A stretch of DNA of 64,000 bases, from the NCBI GenBank assembly GCA_003220495.1, contig QHSP01000016.1, positions 87,831 to 151,830 on the forward strand, written 5' to 3'. The DNA is from Candidatus Rokuibacteriota bacterium (lineage in GTDB: Bacteria > Methylomirabilota > Methylomirabilia > Rokubacteriales > CSP1-6). A model generated the notes under the pieces. The model saw only the letters and a list, made by a program, of their open reading frames with translations, searched no databases and had not been told where the DNA came from. This document shows positions 10,090-18,855 of this stretch, piece after piece. Every line of letters starts with the position of its first letter. Positions within the stretch are counted from its first letter, which is position 1. The translations under genes were made by a program, and so were the position numbers.

Positions 10090-10862
10090 CGCGCCGCGAC
10101 GAGCACCGAGACCGGGAAGCCGTAGCGGAGCTGCCCGTTCTCGAGCCTCGGCTGGATGTCGAGCGCGTCGTCGGCGAGCGCGGCGCGGAAGATCTCGCGG
10201 ATCTTCTCGTCGTCGCCGGGGTGGGGGAACGACCGCCCGATCAGCGACTCGAGCTCGCCCTCGAGCCGATACGACGTCACGCGCGGCTCGGCCAGGCCGA
10301 TCGTGGCGTAGAGCTGACGGTGCTCGTCGACGGGTAGGGAGCGCACGTGCGAGGGGTCGCGCAGGCGCTCCATCCGATTGAACGCGTCGGCGCGCCTGGG
10401 CTCCGGCGTGCTGTCGACGACGACGACCCGACCGCCGGGCGCGGCGACGCGCTTCATCTCGCGCAGCACCGCCAGGGGATCGAGAAAGTGGTGGAAGGCG
10501 AAGCGCGAGGTCACGATCGAGAACGACGCATCGGGCCACGGCAGCGGGAGCACGTCGCCCTGGCGCCAGGTCACGTTCGTCAGGGCGAGCTCAGCGGCGT
10601 GAGCGCGCGCGCGCTCGAGCATGGCCGGCGTGATGTCGATGCCGGTCGCATGGCGAACGACGCGCGCGAACGCGGCGACGACGAGGCCGGGCCCGCACGC
10701 CACGTCCAGCACGGTGTCCTCGGGGCCGGCGCCGCTGCACTCGACGATCAGCCGTAGCGCCGCCTCGTCGCGGATGCCCGGCGCGGTGGCGAATGGGGTC
10801 GCCTGGCGCGTGAACTGGTCGAGGATCTCGTGCTGGTGCTCAGAGGGTCTGCTTGTAGGCAT
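10086..10862 (-). CDS. Class I SAM-dependent methyltransferase
   Basis: VLDVACGPG, GIDIT, LPWPDASF, RFAFHH. Confidence 0.9.
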   Translation of the reverse strand: MPTSRPSEHQHEILDQFTRQATPFATAPGIRDEAALRLIVECSGAGPEDTVLDVACGPGLVVAAFARVVRHATGIDITPAMLERARAHAAELALTNVTWRQGDVLPLPWPDASFSIVTSRFAFHHFLDPLAVLREMKRVAAPGGRVVVVDSTPEPRRADAFNRMERLRDPSHVRSLPVDEHRQLYATIGLAEPRVTSYRLEGELESLIGRSFPHPGDDEKIREIFRAALADDALDIQPRLENGQLRYGFPVSVLVAAR

Positions 10863-12075
10863 GACCGCCTTTCATGATCAGCTTCAGGTTCTCCTGCGTC
10901 TGGAACACCCGAAGATTCCGGAGCGGGTCGCCGGCGACGACGATCAGGTCCGCGTACTTGCCCGGCTCGACGGTGCCGATCCGGTCCGACATGCGGAAGA
11001 GCGCGGCGTTGACCTGGGTGGCCGACAGCAGCACCTCCATCGGCTTCATCACCTGCGCCTTCAGCTCGAACTCGACCGCCCGCTGCACCATCATGTCGCC
11101 CAGGAGATCGGAGCCGGAGCCGATCTGACAACCGGCCCGGTAGGCGTAGGTCAGGCCCTGGACGGATTGCTCGCGCGCCAGATTGATCTTCTGGATCTGG
11201 TGATCGCCGATGCCGTAGCGCTTGCCCTCGCGGTAGATCATCTCGTAGGTGATCATCGTCGGCACCAGGAACGCGCCCGCGTCCTTGATCGCCTTCGCGG
11301 CGGCCTCGCGGATGAGGTTGCCGTGCTCGATCGAGCGCACGCCCGCCTCGATCGCGTTGCGCACCGCGGTGTCCGAATAGGCGTGGGCCAGGACGTATTT
11401 GCCGACGGCGCGCGCTTCCTCGGCGGCCGCGCGCATCTCGCCGATCGTGAATTGCGTCGTATCGAGCTCGTCGGCCGGCGACATCGCGCCGCCGGAGGCC
11501 ATGATCTTGATCTGGTCGACGTCGCGCCGCAGCTGCTCGCGAACCGCCTTGCGCACCTCGGCCTCGCCGTCGGCGATCGAGCCGATCATGCCGATGCAGC
11601 AATCGATCGGCGCGACCCACTCCGAGCGCCGGCGCTTGTCGCCGTGGCCCCCGGTTTGAGAAATGTAGTTGCCCGACACGAGCATCCGCGGCCCGGGGTA
11701 GATTCCCTCGTTGATAGCTTCGCGGAATCCGTAGTCGGCGCCGCCGGCGTCGCGCACCGTCGTGAACCCCTGCATGAGGCACTCTTCGGCCCGGCGGAGC
11801 GCCTTCGCGGCCAGGAGGCTCGGCGGCAGATAGCGATGCTGGTCGGTGATGTTGCCCTCGACCGCGCAGATGTGCACGTGGGCGTCGGTGAGCCCGGGCA
11901 TCAAGGTCGCGCCCCGGCAGTCGAGGGTCGTCACGGGCCCGGGGAGCGGGCCGACCTTTCCCTTCGGCAGGACGTCCTTGATGCGCTCGTCCTCGACGAC
12001 GACCGCGGCACCCGGCATCGGCTCCGCGCCCGTGCAGTCGATCAGAACCGCGTTCGTGAACACCGTCAGGCTCAT
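10840..12075 (-). CDS. Amidohydrolase family (Xaa-Pro dipeptidase-like)
   Basis: MPGLTDAHVH, GFTTVRDAGG, IKIMASGG, SIEHG, GKYADL. Confidence 0.92.
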   Translation of the reverse strand: MSLTVFTNAVLIDCTGAEPMPGAAVVVEDERIKDVLPKGKVGPLPGPVTTLDCRGATLMPGLTDAHVHICAVEGNITDQHRYLPPSLLAAKALRRAEECLMQGFTTVRDAGGADYGFREAINEGIYPGPRMLVSGNYISQTGGHGDKRRRSEWVAPIDCCIGMIGSIADGEAEVRKAVREQLRRDVDQIKIMASGGAMSPADELDTTQFTIGEMRAAAEEARAVGKYVLAHAYSDTAVRNAIEAGVRSIEHGNLIREAAAKAIKDAGAFLVPTMITYEMIYREGKRYGIGDHQIQKINLAREQSVQGLTYAYRAGCQIGSGSDLLGDMMVQRAVEFELKAQVMKPMEVLLSATQVNAALFRMSDRIGTVEPGKYADLIVVAGDPLRNLRVFQTQENLKLIMKGGHAYKQTL

Positions 12076-12659
12076 CAGTTGAGCTCGTCCAGGGTGAGCC
12101 GGAAGCTCGGGACGAACGTGTCCAGGAAATAGCGCACCTCCGGAAGGTCGAGCCCCTCGACGCTCGCCCGCAGACTCTTCTCCGCCTGCGCGAACTCCGG
12201 GTTGCCCGCCCCGGTCTCCTCGAGGCACTTGAGGTACGCGCAAAGCTTGTCGGCCGCTCGCACCAGCATGCGATGCGTGTGATCGCGCGGGTCGGGTCGG
12301 AAGAACGGCTCGTAGCCCGGCTTCAGCGGATCCGGGATCAGTCCGAAGAGCTTCTCCTTCGACGCCGCCTCGAGCGCGTGGTAGGCGCGATGGATCTCGG
12401 GGTTGAACTCCTTGACCGGCGACGGAAGATCGCCGGTCAACACCTCGCTCGTGTCGTGGTAGAGCGCCAGGGTCGCCGCGCGCTCGGGGCTCAGGTCGCC
12501 GCCGAAGAGCCGGTTGCGGATGATCGCGAGGGCGTGGGCGATCTGCGCCACGCGCAGGCTGTGCTCCTGGATGTTCTCGGGATACGTGCTGTGCATGAGG
12601 CCCCAGCGGCGGATGAACTTCATCCGCGAGAGATACGCGAAGAAATGGCTCGTGGACAT
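12075..12659 (-). CDS. yfbR: HD-domain 5'-deoxynucleotidase (YfbR-like)
   Basis: SHFFAYLSRMKFIRRWGLM, ENIQEHS, LYHDTSEVLTGDLPSPVK, ADKLCAYLKC. Confidence 0.9.
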   Translation of the reverse strand: MSTSHFFAYLSRMKFIRRWGLMHSTYPENIQEHSLRVAQIAHALAIIRNRLFGGDLSPERAATLALYHDTSEVLTGDLPSPVKEFNPEIHRAYHALEAASKEKLFGLIPDPLKPGYEPFFRPDPRDHTHRMLVRAADKLCAYLKCLEETGAGNPEFAQAEKSLRASVEGLDLPEVRYFLDTFVPSFRLTLDELN

Positions 12660-12714
12660 CGCCGCGAGCATACACGACCCGGCGAGGGCTGTGCTATGCG
12701 AGCGGGTACACCCG

Positions 12715-13239
12715 CTAGCAGGCGCGCTCGGGAACCCAGTAGGGCTGGTAGTAACCCCAGGTGTACCCGCGCGGCTCGTAGTGCCCCTCGACCCACAGGG
12801 CGTCGTAGTTGTAGTAGCCCGGGACCCACACGTTCGAGACGTAGCTCTGAGGCACCCAGGCGTAGGCCCAATAGCCGGGGACGACACAGATCTGCGGCGC
12901 GGCGAGATACACCGGCTGCGTGATCACGACGACCGGCACCGGTGAACGGTGGACGATGTTCGGCTGCTGCCGCGGGTCGAGATTCTGCTGTCGTCGGTCG
13001 AGATTCTGCTGCCGTGGGTCGGGATACTGCTGCCGTGGGTCGGGATACTGCTGCCGCGGATCGGGATACTGCTGCCGCGGGTCGCGCGCGATGTCGCCCC
13101 GGAACATCGCGTTCTGCGGGAACTGGCCCGGCGGGATGTCGCCGCCGCTATTGACCGTGATCTTCACACCGGTTGCGCCGGCGCCGCCCGGAATTCCGGC
13201 AACCAGGACGGCCAGCAGCAGGACGGCTACGCTCTTCAC
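12715..13239 (-). CDS. Secreted hypothetical protein with DPRQQ heptapeptide repeats and W-V-P/E-G-Y/H repeats
   Basis: Signal peptide, AGGAG RBS; DPRQQYP x3 and QQNLD x2; C-terminal VPGYW/WVPGYY/WVEGHY (YXWGXW-like). Confidence 0.75.
   Translation of the reverse strand: MKSVAVLLLAVLVAGIPGGAGATGVKITVNSGGDIPPGQFPQNAMFRGDIARDPRQQYPDPRQQYPDPRQQYPDPRQQNLDRRQQNLDPRQQPNIVHRSPVPVVVITQPVYLAAPQICVVPGYWAYAWVPQSYVSNVWVPGYYNYDALWVEGHYEPRGYTWGYYQPYWVPERAC
12964..13083. repeat. Intragenic 21-bp tandem repeat (~5.7 copies)
   Basis: Units ctgctgccgYggRtcgRgatW starting at 12964, 12985, 13006, 13027, 13048 and 13069. Confidence 0.9.
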
Positions 13240-13295
13240 GTCGACGACTCCTCTCTACACTCTATACGGTTCGACTCGCGGGGACGGGTTTCCAT

Positions 13296-14018
13296 TTACC
13301 TCGAGGCGATGCGCGCCTGGATTTGGGCCCACACGAGCTCGGCCCACCGAGCATAGCCGACATCGGATGGATGATAGCCATCGGCCCCGATGAGCTCCGG
13401 TCTGACCGGAACCTCGCGCTGGCTGGCGCCGTAGAGATCGACCAGTTCGGCGCCGTGGGCTCGGCTCCGCCGTTCGAGCGCCTCGTTGAAGAGCACGGTT
13501 TGCCGGCCGACCGTCTCTCGCTCGCGATGCGAGCGGAAGCGCGGGGTCACCACCAGGTCGGGAATCAAGTTCACGACCGCGACCGCCGGCGTCTCGTCCC
13601 GGAGGCGCGCGAGAATCGTGTCCAGATTCCGCTCGTACGTCGTGAGCGGGACGCGCGTGGTGATGTCGTTTGGCCCGATCGAGAGCGTCACCAGGTGAGG
13701 ACGTAATTCAATCGCGCGGTCGAGCTGGCGCCGGAGCACGTCGGTGGACGTCGCGCCGCCCGCGCCCAGATTGACGACGCGCGCCGTCGGATAGACGACC
13801 CGCAGCCGCTCGTGCAGCTGGCTGACGTAGTTGTGGTCGGGGCTCGAGGCCCCGACGCCTTCGACCGTGCTGTCGCCGAGGGCGACGTACCGGACCGGGG
13901 CGTCGCGGTCGGCGGGCAGTGTCCGAGCTCCGTCGGCGGGCAGTGTCCGAGCGTGTTGCGGTCGATCGGTCGCGCACGCCGTCGCGAGCAGCACGGCGAG
14001 CACGGTGACGCGCGTCAC
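13296..14018 (-). CDS. SGNH/GDSL hydrolase, probable lipoprotein
   Basis: Hydrophobic N-terminus with LATAC lipobox-like motif; ALGDST, GPND, DGYHP; duplicated ARTLPAD (13908-13952). Confidence 0.88.
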   Translation of the reverse strand: MTRVTVLAVLLATACATDRPQHARTLPADGARTLPADRDAPVRYVALGDSTVEGVGASSPDHNYVSQLHERLRVVYPTARVVNLGAGGATSTDVLRRQLDRAIELRPHLVTLSIGPNDITTRVPLTTYERNLDTILARLRDETPAVAVVNLIPDLVVTPRFRSHRERETVGRQTVLFNEALERRSRAHGAELVDLYGASQREVPVRPELIGADGYHPSDVGYARWAELVWAQIQARIASR

Positions 14019-14974
14019 CAGTGCGCGGCTTCCTCGAGGGTGCGGCGATACCACGGCGCGTCGGGGACGGTGATTGGACGGATCGCGGGCAGGGTCACCC
14101 CGGCCTCGCGATACGCGCCGACGAAGGCCTGTCCGGCGGCGGGCTTGCCGACGGCGCCGACCGCGCGCGTCAGCCCCTCCGCCACTTCGCCGTTCCGGTC
14201 GAAGGCCGCGAGCTCCTTGCCGAGGCCGCTCGCCTCGAGCATGGCGCGATAGAACGGTAAGGTGAGATAGCGCGCGAGCTCTCCGCGGAACGCGGCGAGG
14301 GCGCCGGGCGTATCGTCCGAGATCGCCAGCGGCACCGCCGCGACGATCTCGAACCCAGCCAGGGTCTTGCCGGCCCGCGCGCGGCCCCGGCCGAGCGCCG
14401 GCACCGCGACGTCTCGGACGTAGTCGGGCGAGCAGAGCCAGAGGACCGCGCCGTCCGCGATCTCGCCGGCCAGCTCCAGCATCTTCCTGGACAACGCGGC
14501 GAGATAGATCGGCGGCGTCGGGGGGCGCTCGGGAATCGCGAGGGTCCAGTTGACCTTGTAGTGCCGGCCGTCGAACGCGGCGGTTCCGCCGAGGGCGCCA
14601 CGCAGGACGGCGACGTACTCCCGTGTCACGGCGAGCGGCTCGCGCAGGGTCAGACCGAGCGAGGCTTCCATGCTGACCCGGTGGCTGACGCCGATGCCGA
14701 GCCTGAACCGCCCGCCGCTCAGCTCCGAAAGCGTGAGCGCCGCCTGGGCCATCGCGACCGGGTGCCGCGGGTAGATCGGGACGACTCCGTTGCCGAGCCC
14801 GAGCCGCGTCGTCGCGGCGCCGTAGGCGGCGAGCACGACGAACGAATCGCGCCCGGAGCCGTGCGTCACCCACACGCTGTCATAGCCCAGCGCTTCGGCG
14901 CGGCGCGCGAGGTCGACACCGCCCGCGAGGTCGCGCCCGGGATTCAGAAAGGCCGCGCGCCGGAGCGTCGCCAT
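14015..14974 (-). CDS. Luciferase-like monooxygenase (LLM) flavin/F420-dependent oxidoreductase
   Basis: AEALGYDSVW, RHPVAMAQ, GRFRLGIG, LAGEIADG. Confidence 0.9.
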   Translation of the reverse strand: MATLRRAAFLNPGRDLAGGVDLARRAEALGYDSVWVTHGSGRDSFVVLAAYGAATTRLGLGNGVVPIYPRHPVAMAQAALTLSELSGGRFRLGIGVSHRVSMEASLGLTLREPLAVTREYVAVLRGALGGTAAFDGRHYKVNWTLAIPERPPTPPIYLAALSRKMLELAGEIADGAVLWLCSPDYVRDVAVPALGRGRARAGKTLAGFEIVAAVPLAISDDTPGALAAFRGELARYLTLPFYRAMLEASGLGKELAAFDRNGEVAEGLTRAVGAVGKPAAGQAFVGAYREAGVTLPAIRPITVPDAPWYRRTLEEAAHW

Positions 14975-14975
14975 G

Positions 14976-15248
14976 TCAGTCCCGGATCCACGACTCGGCG
15001 AGCGGGATCGGCGCCCGGCGCGTCCGGGCGCGGAGCGGGATCACGTTCGCGGTTCGCGCCCCGCTGGGCGCCAGCCGCAGGAGCCCTTCGACTTCCGCCC
15101 GACGGTAGAGCCGCTGGCGCTTGATGCCCTGGCGGTAGCTCCGGAGCACCCCACGGCTCACGTAGGCATAGAGCGTTGCCGGCTTCACGCCGAGCAGGCG
15201 CGTCGCCTCCTTGACCGTCAGGTACTCCTCACCGTTCACGCTGATCAC
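14976..15248 (-). CDS. Small MerR/Xis-like (HTH_17, BldC-like) DNA-binding protein
   Basis: YLTVKEATRLLGVKPATLYAYVSRG...RLYRRAEVE; GGAGG RBS. Confidence 0.85.
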   Translation of the reverse strand: MISVNGEEYLTVKEATRLLGVKPATLYAYVSRGVLRSYRQGIKRQRLYRRAEVEGLLRLAPSGARTANVIPLRARTRRAPIPLAESWIRD

Positions 15249-15299
15249 GGCTCGTAGGCCTCCGACGCTAGCAGGACCGGCCGGTCTCGTCCAGGGTGG

Positions 15300-15342
15300 T
15301 TGGCCGAGTCAATCTAAATCAAGTATAATCAATATTGATCAA
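15300..15342 (+). promoter_or_regulatory. Citrate synthase promoter with phased TCAA operator array
   Basis: TATAAT at 15324-15329; TCAA at 15309, 15319, 15329 and 15339; perfect palindrome ATCAATATTGAT at 15328-15339. Confidence 0.75.
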
Positions 15343-15356
15343 CTGACGCAGTGGTC

Positions 15357-15407
15357 GTGCGCGCTGCAGGCCGTCGCGGGGCCGGGGCCCCGCCGGCCGA
15401 GGCGCGC
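15357..15407 (+). repeat. Structured intergenic repeat family 1, copy B (in citrate synthase 5' UTR)
   Basis: GTGCGCGCTGCAGGCCGTCGCGGGGCCGGGGCCCCGCCGGCCGAGGCGCGC. Confidence 0.85.
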
Positions 15408-15426
15408 TCCAATCAAGGAGGCGACG

Positions 15427-16620
15427 ATGGAGACGGCGTGGAAGGCGGGGCTCGAGGACGTCATCGCGGCGCGGTCGGGGATCTGTCAGGTCGATGGCGA
15501 GCGCGGGAGGCTCTACTACCGGGGCTACGAGATCGCCGAGCTCGCCGGCGCGCTCTCGTTCGAGGACGTGACGGCGCTCCTCTGGCGCGGCGAGCTACCC
15601 TCCGCCGCCGAGTCCGCGGCGTTCGTCTCGCGGCTCGAGGCGGCGCGCGGGCTCCCTCCGGCCGTCGGCGACCTGCTCCAGACCCTGCCGCGCGACGCGC
15701 ACCCGCTCGACGCCCTTCGCACCGCTGTCTCGCTCGCCGCGACGCGTGATCCAGACGTGCGCTCGAACGAGCCCGAGGCCAATCTGCGCAAGGCGGTTCG
15801 CCTCATGACCCTGGTGCCGGAGACGGTGGCCGCCTGGCAGCGGATCCGCACCGGCCGGGCGCCCGTGACGGCGCCGGGCGCCGCATCGCACGCGGCCTAC
15901 TTCCTGGAGCTCCTGGAGGGAAGGGCGCCGTCGCGCGAGGTCGCACGGGTTCTGGACCTGGTGCTGACCCTGCACGCCGACCACGAGCTCAACGCCTCGA
16001 CGTTCGCGGTGCGGGTCGGCGTCGCGACCCTCACCGACCTGCACGCGGCCATCGCGGCGGCGGTCGCGACCCTGAAAGGGCCGCGCCACGGCGGCGCCAA
16101 CGAGGACGTGCTGGCAATGCTCCTCGAGATCGGCGAGCCCGCGCGCGCCGAGAGCTACGTCGAGGCGCGCCTCGGGGCGCGGTCCGGGCTGTCCAAGCAC
16201 GAGCGTAGCGACCCGCGCGTGCGGGTGCCCGGCTTCGGTCATCGCGTCTACAAGGTGGACGACGCGCGGGCGCGCGTGCTTCGCGGCATGGCCAAGTCGA
16301 TGGCGGAAGCGACCGGCCGGCAGAAGCTCTTCGAGGTGGCCGAGCGCGTCTACGACGCGATGCGCGCCCGGACGGCCTTGCCGGTGAACGTCGACTTCTT
16401 CTCGGCCGTGGTCTACGACGCGCTCGGCATCCCGCCGGATTTCTGCACCTCGATCTTCGCGGTCGGACGGGTCGCGGGCTGGTGCGCCCACGCGCTCGAG
16501 CAGTACGCCGACAATCGACTCATCAGGCCGCGCGCCGACTACATCGGCGCGGCGCCCCGGCCGCTCGTCGATCAGCGGCGGAGGATGGAGACCTCCATGG
16601 CGTCGTCGCCGAAGTCGTAG
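15427..16620 (+). CDS. Citrate synthase / 2-methylcitrate synthase family
   Basis: AAGGAGG RBS; GLEDV, LYYRGY, HADHELNAST, GPRHGGA, GFGHRVY, NVDF. Confidence 0.93.
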   Translation: METAWKAGLEDVIAARSGICQVDGERGRLYYRGYEIAELAGALSFEDVTALLWRGELPSAAESAAFVSRLEAARGLPPAVGDLLQTLPRDAHPLDALRTAVSLAATRDPDVRSNEPEANLRKAVRLMTLVPETVAAWQRIRTGRAPVTAPGAASHAAYFLELLEGRAPSREVARVLDLVLTLHADHELNASTFAVRVGVATLTDLHAAIAAAVATLKGPRHGGANEDVLAMLLEIGEPARAESYVEARLGARSGLSKHERSDPRVRVPGFGHRVYKVDDARARVLRGMAKSMAEATGRQKLFEVAERVYDAMRARTALPVNVDFFSAVVYDALGIPPDFCTSIFAVGRVAGWCAHALEQYADNRLIRPRADYIGAAPRPLVDQRRRMETSMASSPKS

Positions 16621-17129
16621 TCGCGGCTGTCGTAGCGGCCGCCGGTCCGCACGTATTCGAGATACGGCGCCACCTCGCGGCGCGCGATGCCGGTGTTGTC
16701 GGCGACGACGACCGCCCCGGGGACCAGCTTGGGCTCGAGCTGCCGGAGGTAGTCGAGGTAGTCCTCCTTCTCGGCGTCGATGAACGCGAAGTCGAAGCGG
16801 CCGGGAAGGAGCGGGATCACGCGCAGCGCGTCGCCGGCGATCACTTTCACACGGCGGGCCAGGCCGGCTTCGGCGGCGTTCGCCCGAACGAGGTAGGCCA
16901 GGAAGGGATTCGCCTCGATACAGGTGAGCCGCCCCCGCGGCGGCATCGAGCCGGCGATCAGGATCGCCGAGTAGCCGAGCAGCGAGCCGAGCTCGAGCGC
17001 GCGCGTGGGCCGATGGCGATCGAGGAGCCGGCGGAGGACACGGCCCTTGGCCCGTCCGACGATCGGGATGTGCCAATAGGTCGTGGCGCGATCCATCAGC
17101 GCCAGCATCCGGCGCGCCTGCTTCGTCAC
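16572..17129 (-). CDS. O-methyltransferase (YrrM/COMT-like)
   Basis: LELGSLLGYS, GDAL, FAFIDAEK, VVADN. Confidence 0.88.
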   Translation of the reverse strand: MTKQARRMLALMDRATTYWHIPIVGRAKGRVLRRLLDRHRPTRALELGSLLGYSAILIAGSMPPRGRLTCIEANPFLAYLVRANAAEAGLARRVKVIAGDALRVIPLLPGRFDFAFIDAEKEDYLDYLRQLEPKLVPGAVVVADNTGIARREVAPYLEYVRTGGRYDSRDYDFGDDAMEVSILRR

Positions 17130-18079
17130 GCGCGCGCGACTGGGACGCGCCCGGCGACGGTGTCCGGCACCGGATAGCGTCGCGTGGATTTTCCCGCCTT
17201 CACGATCTGCCCGGGCAGCGTACGGCCGACGATCTCCTGGACCCGCCGCGAGACCGCGATCAGCCGGTCGAGGTCGATCCCGGTCTCGACCCCCATCGCG
17301 GCGAGACAGTGCACCAGATCCTCGCTGCAGACGTTGCCCGAGGCGCCCGGCGCGAACGGGCAGCCACCCAGGCCGCCGATCGAGCCGTCGAGGTTCGCGA
17401 CGCCGTACTCCATGGCGGCCAGGATGTTCGGAATCGCCATCGCACGCGTGTCGTGCGTGTGCAGCGTCCACTCGACCCCCGGGAACTTCGGCGCGAGGTG
17501 CTCGAGCGCGCGCGCGACCTGACGGGGGTTCGCCATCCCCGTGGTGTCGGCCAGGCCGACGGCGCGCGCGCCCATGTCGGTCAGACGTCGCACCACGCTT
17601 TCGAGCTGGGCGAGCGGAACGTCGCCCTCGAAGGGACAGCCGAACGACGTGGAGATCCCGCAGCTCACCGGCACCTTCGCGCGCTCGGCCACCTGCATGA
17701 CGGCCCGCAGCTTCTCCATCGACTCGGCGATGGTCATGTTCACGTTGGCGAGGTTGTGGCTCTCGCTAGCCGAGACGACCGTGTGGATGGCGTCGACGCC
17801 GGCGTCGACCGCGCGCACCGCGCCCTTGTCGTTGGGCACGAGCGCGGCGTAGCGCGTGCCCGGACGGCGCGCGATGCGCGCCATGACCTGCTCGGCGTCG
17901 CGCAGCTGCGGGACGACCTTCGGGTGCACGAACGAGGTCACCTCGATCCGGGGAACACCCGCCTCCGACAGGAGATTCACCACCTCGATCTTCTGCTCGG
18001 TGGGAATGAAGTCGGGCTCGATCTGGAACCCGTCCCGGGTCCCCACTTCACAAATCGTGACACGCGCCGGCAGCTTCAT
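17126..18079 (-). CDS. Hydroxymethylglutaryl-CoA lyase family (DRE-TIM)
   Basis: EVGTRDGFQ, SFVHPK, FGCPFEG, LADTTG, HTHDT, GLGGCPFAPGASGN. Confidence 0.92.
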   Translation of the reverse strand: MKLPARVTICEVGTRDGFQIEPDFIPTEQKIEVVNLLSEAGVPRIEVTSFVHPKVVPQLRDAEQVMARIARRPGTRYAALVPNDKGAVRAVDAGVDAIHTVVSASESHNLANVNMTIAESMEKLRAVMQVAERAKVPVSCGISTSFGCPFEGDVPLAQLESVVRRLTDMGARAVGLADTTGMANPRQVARALEHLAPKFPGVEWTLHTHDTRAMAIPNILAAMEYGVANLDGSIGGLGGCPFAPGASGNVCSEDLVHCLAAMGVETGIDLDRLIAVSRRVQEIVGRTLPGQIVKAGKSTRRYPVPDTVAGRVPVARA

Positions 18080-18173
18080 GGCATCCTCCAGGCCTCCGGG
18101 GTGTGCAAACTGTAGCACGGCGCACGGCGAACCGATCGAGCCGCGGCCGGCATCGTAGAGAGAGGAGGTCCCG

Positions 18174-18662
18174 ATGAATCCCAATCTCGGCATCAACGAC
18201 GAAGACCGCGCCGGCGTGGTCAAGATCCTGAACACACTGCTCGCCGACGAGTACGTGCTGTACACGAAGACCCGCAACTACCACTGGAACGTCGTGGGTC
18301 CTCAGTTCAACGACCTGCACAAGTTCTTCGCCGAGCAGTACGAGGCGATCGACGACTTCGTCGACGACGTCGCCGAGCGCGCGCGCACGCTGGGCGGCCA
18401 CTCCGTGGCGACCCTCGCGGAGTTCGTGGAGGCGGCGCGGCTCAAGGAGCACCCCGGCCAGTACCCGAGCGCGGACGATATGCTCGAAAATCTATTGAGC
18501 GACCACGAGACGATCATCCGTCAGCTCCGCGCCGACGCCGACGCGGCGGCGAGCAAGTTTCACGACATGGGCACGAACGACTTCCTGACGGGCCTGATGG
18601 AGGAGCACGAGAAGATGGCCTGGATGCTCCGCTCCTTCCAGGAAGGAAAGCGCTCCCGCTAG
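18174..18662 (+). CDS. dps: Dps family DNA protection/ferritin-like protein
   Basis: LYTKTRNYHWNVVG, LHKFF, DDVAER, HEKMAWML; GAGGAGG RBS. Confidence 0.95.
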   Translation: MNPNLGINDEDRAGVVKILNTLLADEYVLYTKTRNYHWNVVGPQFNDLHKFFAEQYEAIDDFVDDVAERARTLGGHSVATLAEFVEAARLKEHPGQYPSADDMLENLLSDHETIIRQLRADADAAASKFHDMGTNDFLTGLMEEHEKMAWMLRSFQEGKRSR

Positions 18663-18664
18663 CT

Positions 18665-18704
18665 GGCTGCGGAAAAAAGCCCATCTGAGCCTTTTTGCGC
18701 TGCC
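18665..18704 (+). terminator. Imperfect inverted repeat after dps (possible terminator)
   Basis: GGCTGCGGAAAAAAGC-CCATCTGA-GCCTTTTTGCGCTGCC immediately after the stop codon. Confidence 0.45.
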
Positions 18705-18812
18705 TGCGCGCGCCTCGCTCTAGAGCTAGTCCGCGGACCGCGTACGTCGCCGTTCGAGCGCCGGCTTTGCCGGCGCAATCGAATTGATCATTGTCCGCCG
18801 GCGGGGAGCCGG

Positions 18813-18851
18813 TGGGGGGTCATCGGGGGGAGAGGCGGCGCTCCCCCCGAA
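18813..18851. repeat. G/C-run hairpin repeat family 2, copy between convergent genes
   Basis: TGGGGGGTCA-TCGGGGGGAG-AGGCGGCG-CTCCCCCCGA; similar to the reverse complement of 50141-50183. Confidence 0.65.
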
Positions 18852-18855
18852 TGTC

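Noticed and set aside
12964..13083. Possible CRISPR array
   Set aside because: Units are contiguous 21-mers with no unique spacers, lie in frame inside a CDS, and no cas genes are present.
14976..15248. Prophage or ICE excisionase
   Set aside because: No integrase, att-like tRNA or phage genes nearby; the motif and context point to a citrate-synthase-linked regulator.
16572..16620. Convergent 3' overlaps (also 61959-61991)
   Set aside because: Short tail overlaps are common in compact high-GC genomes and involve non-conserved C-termini.
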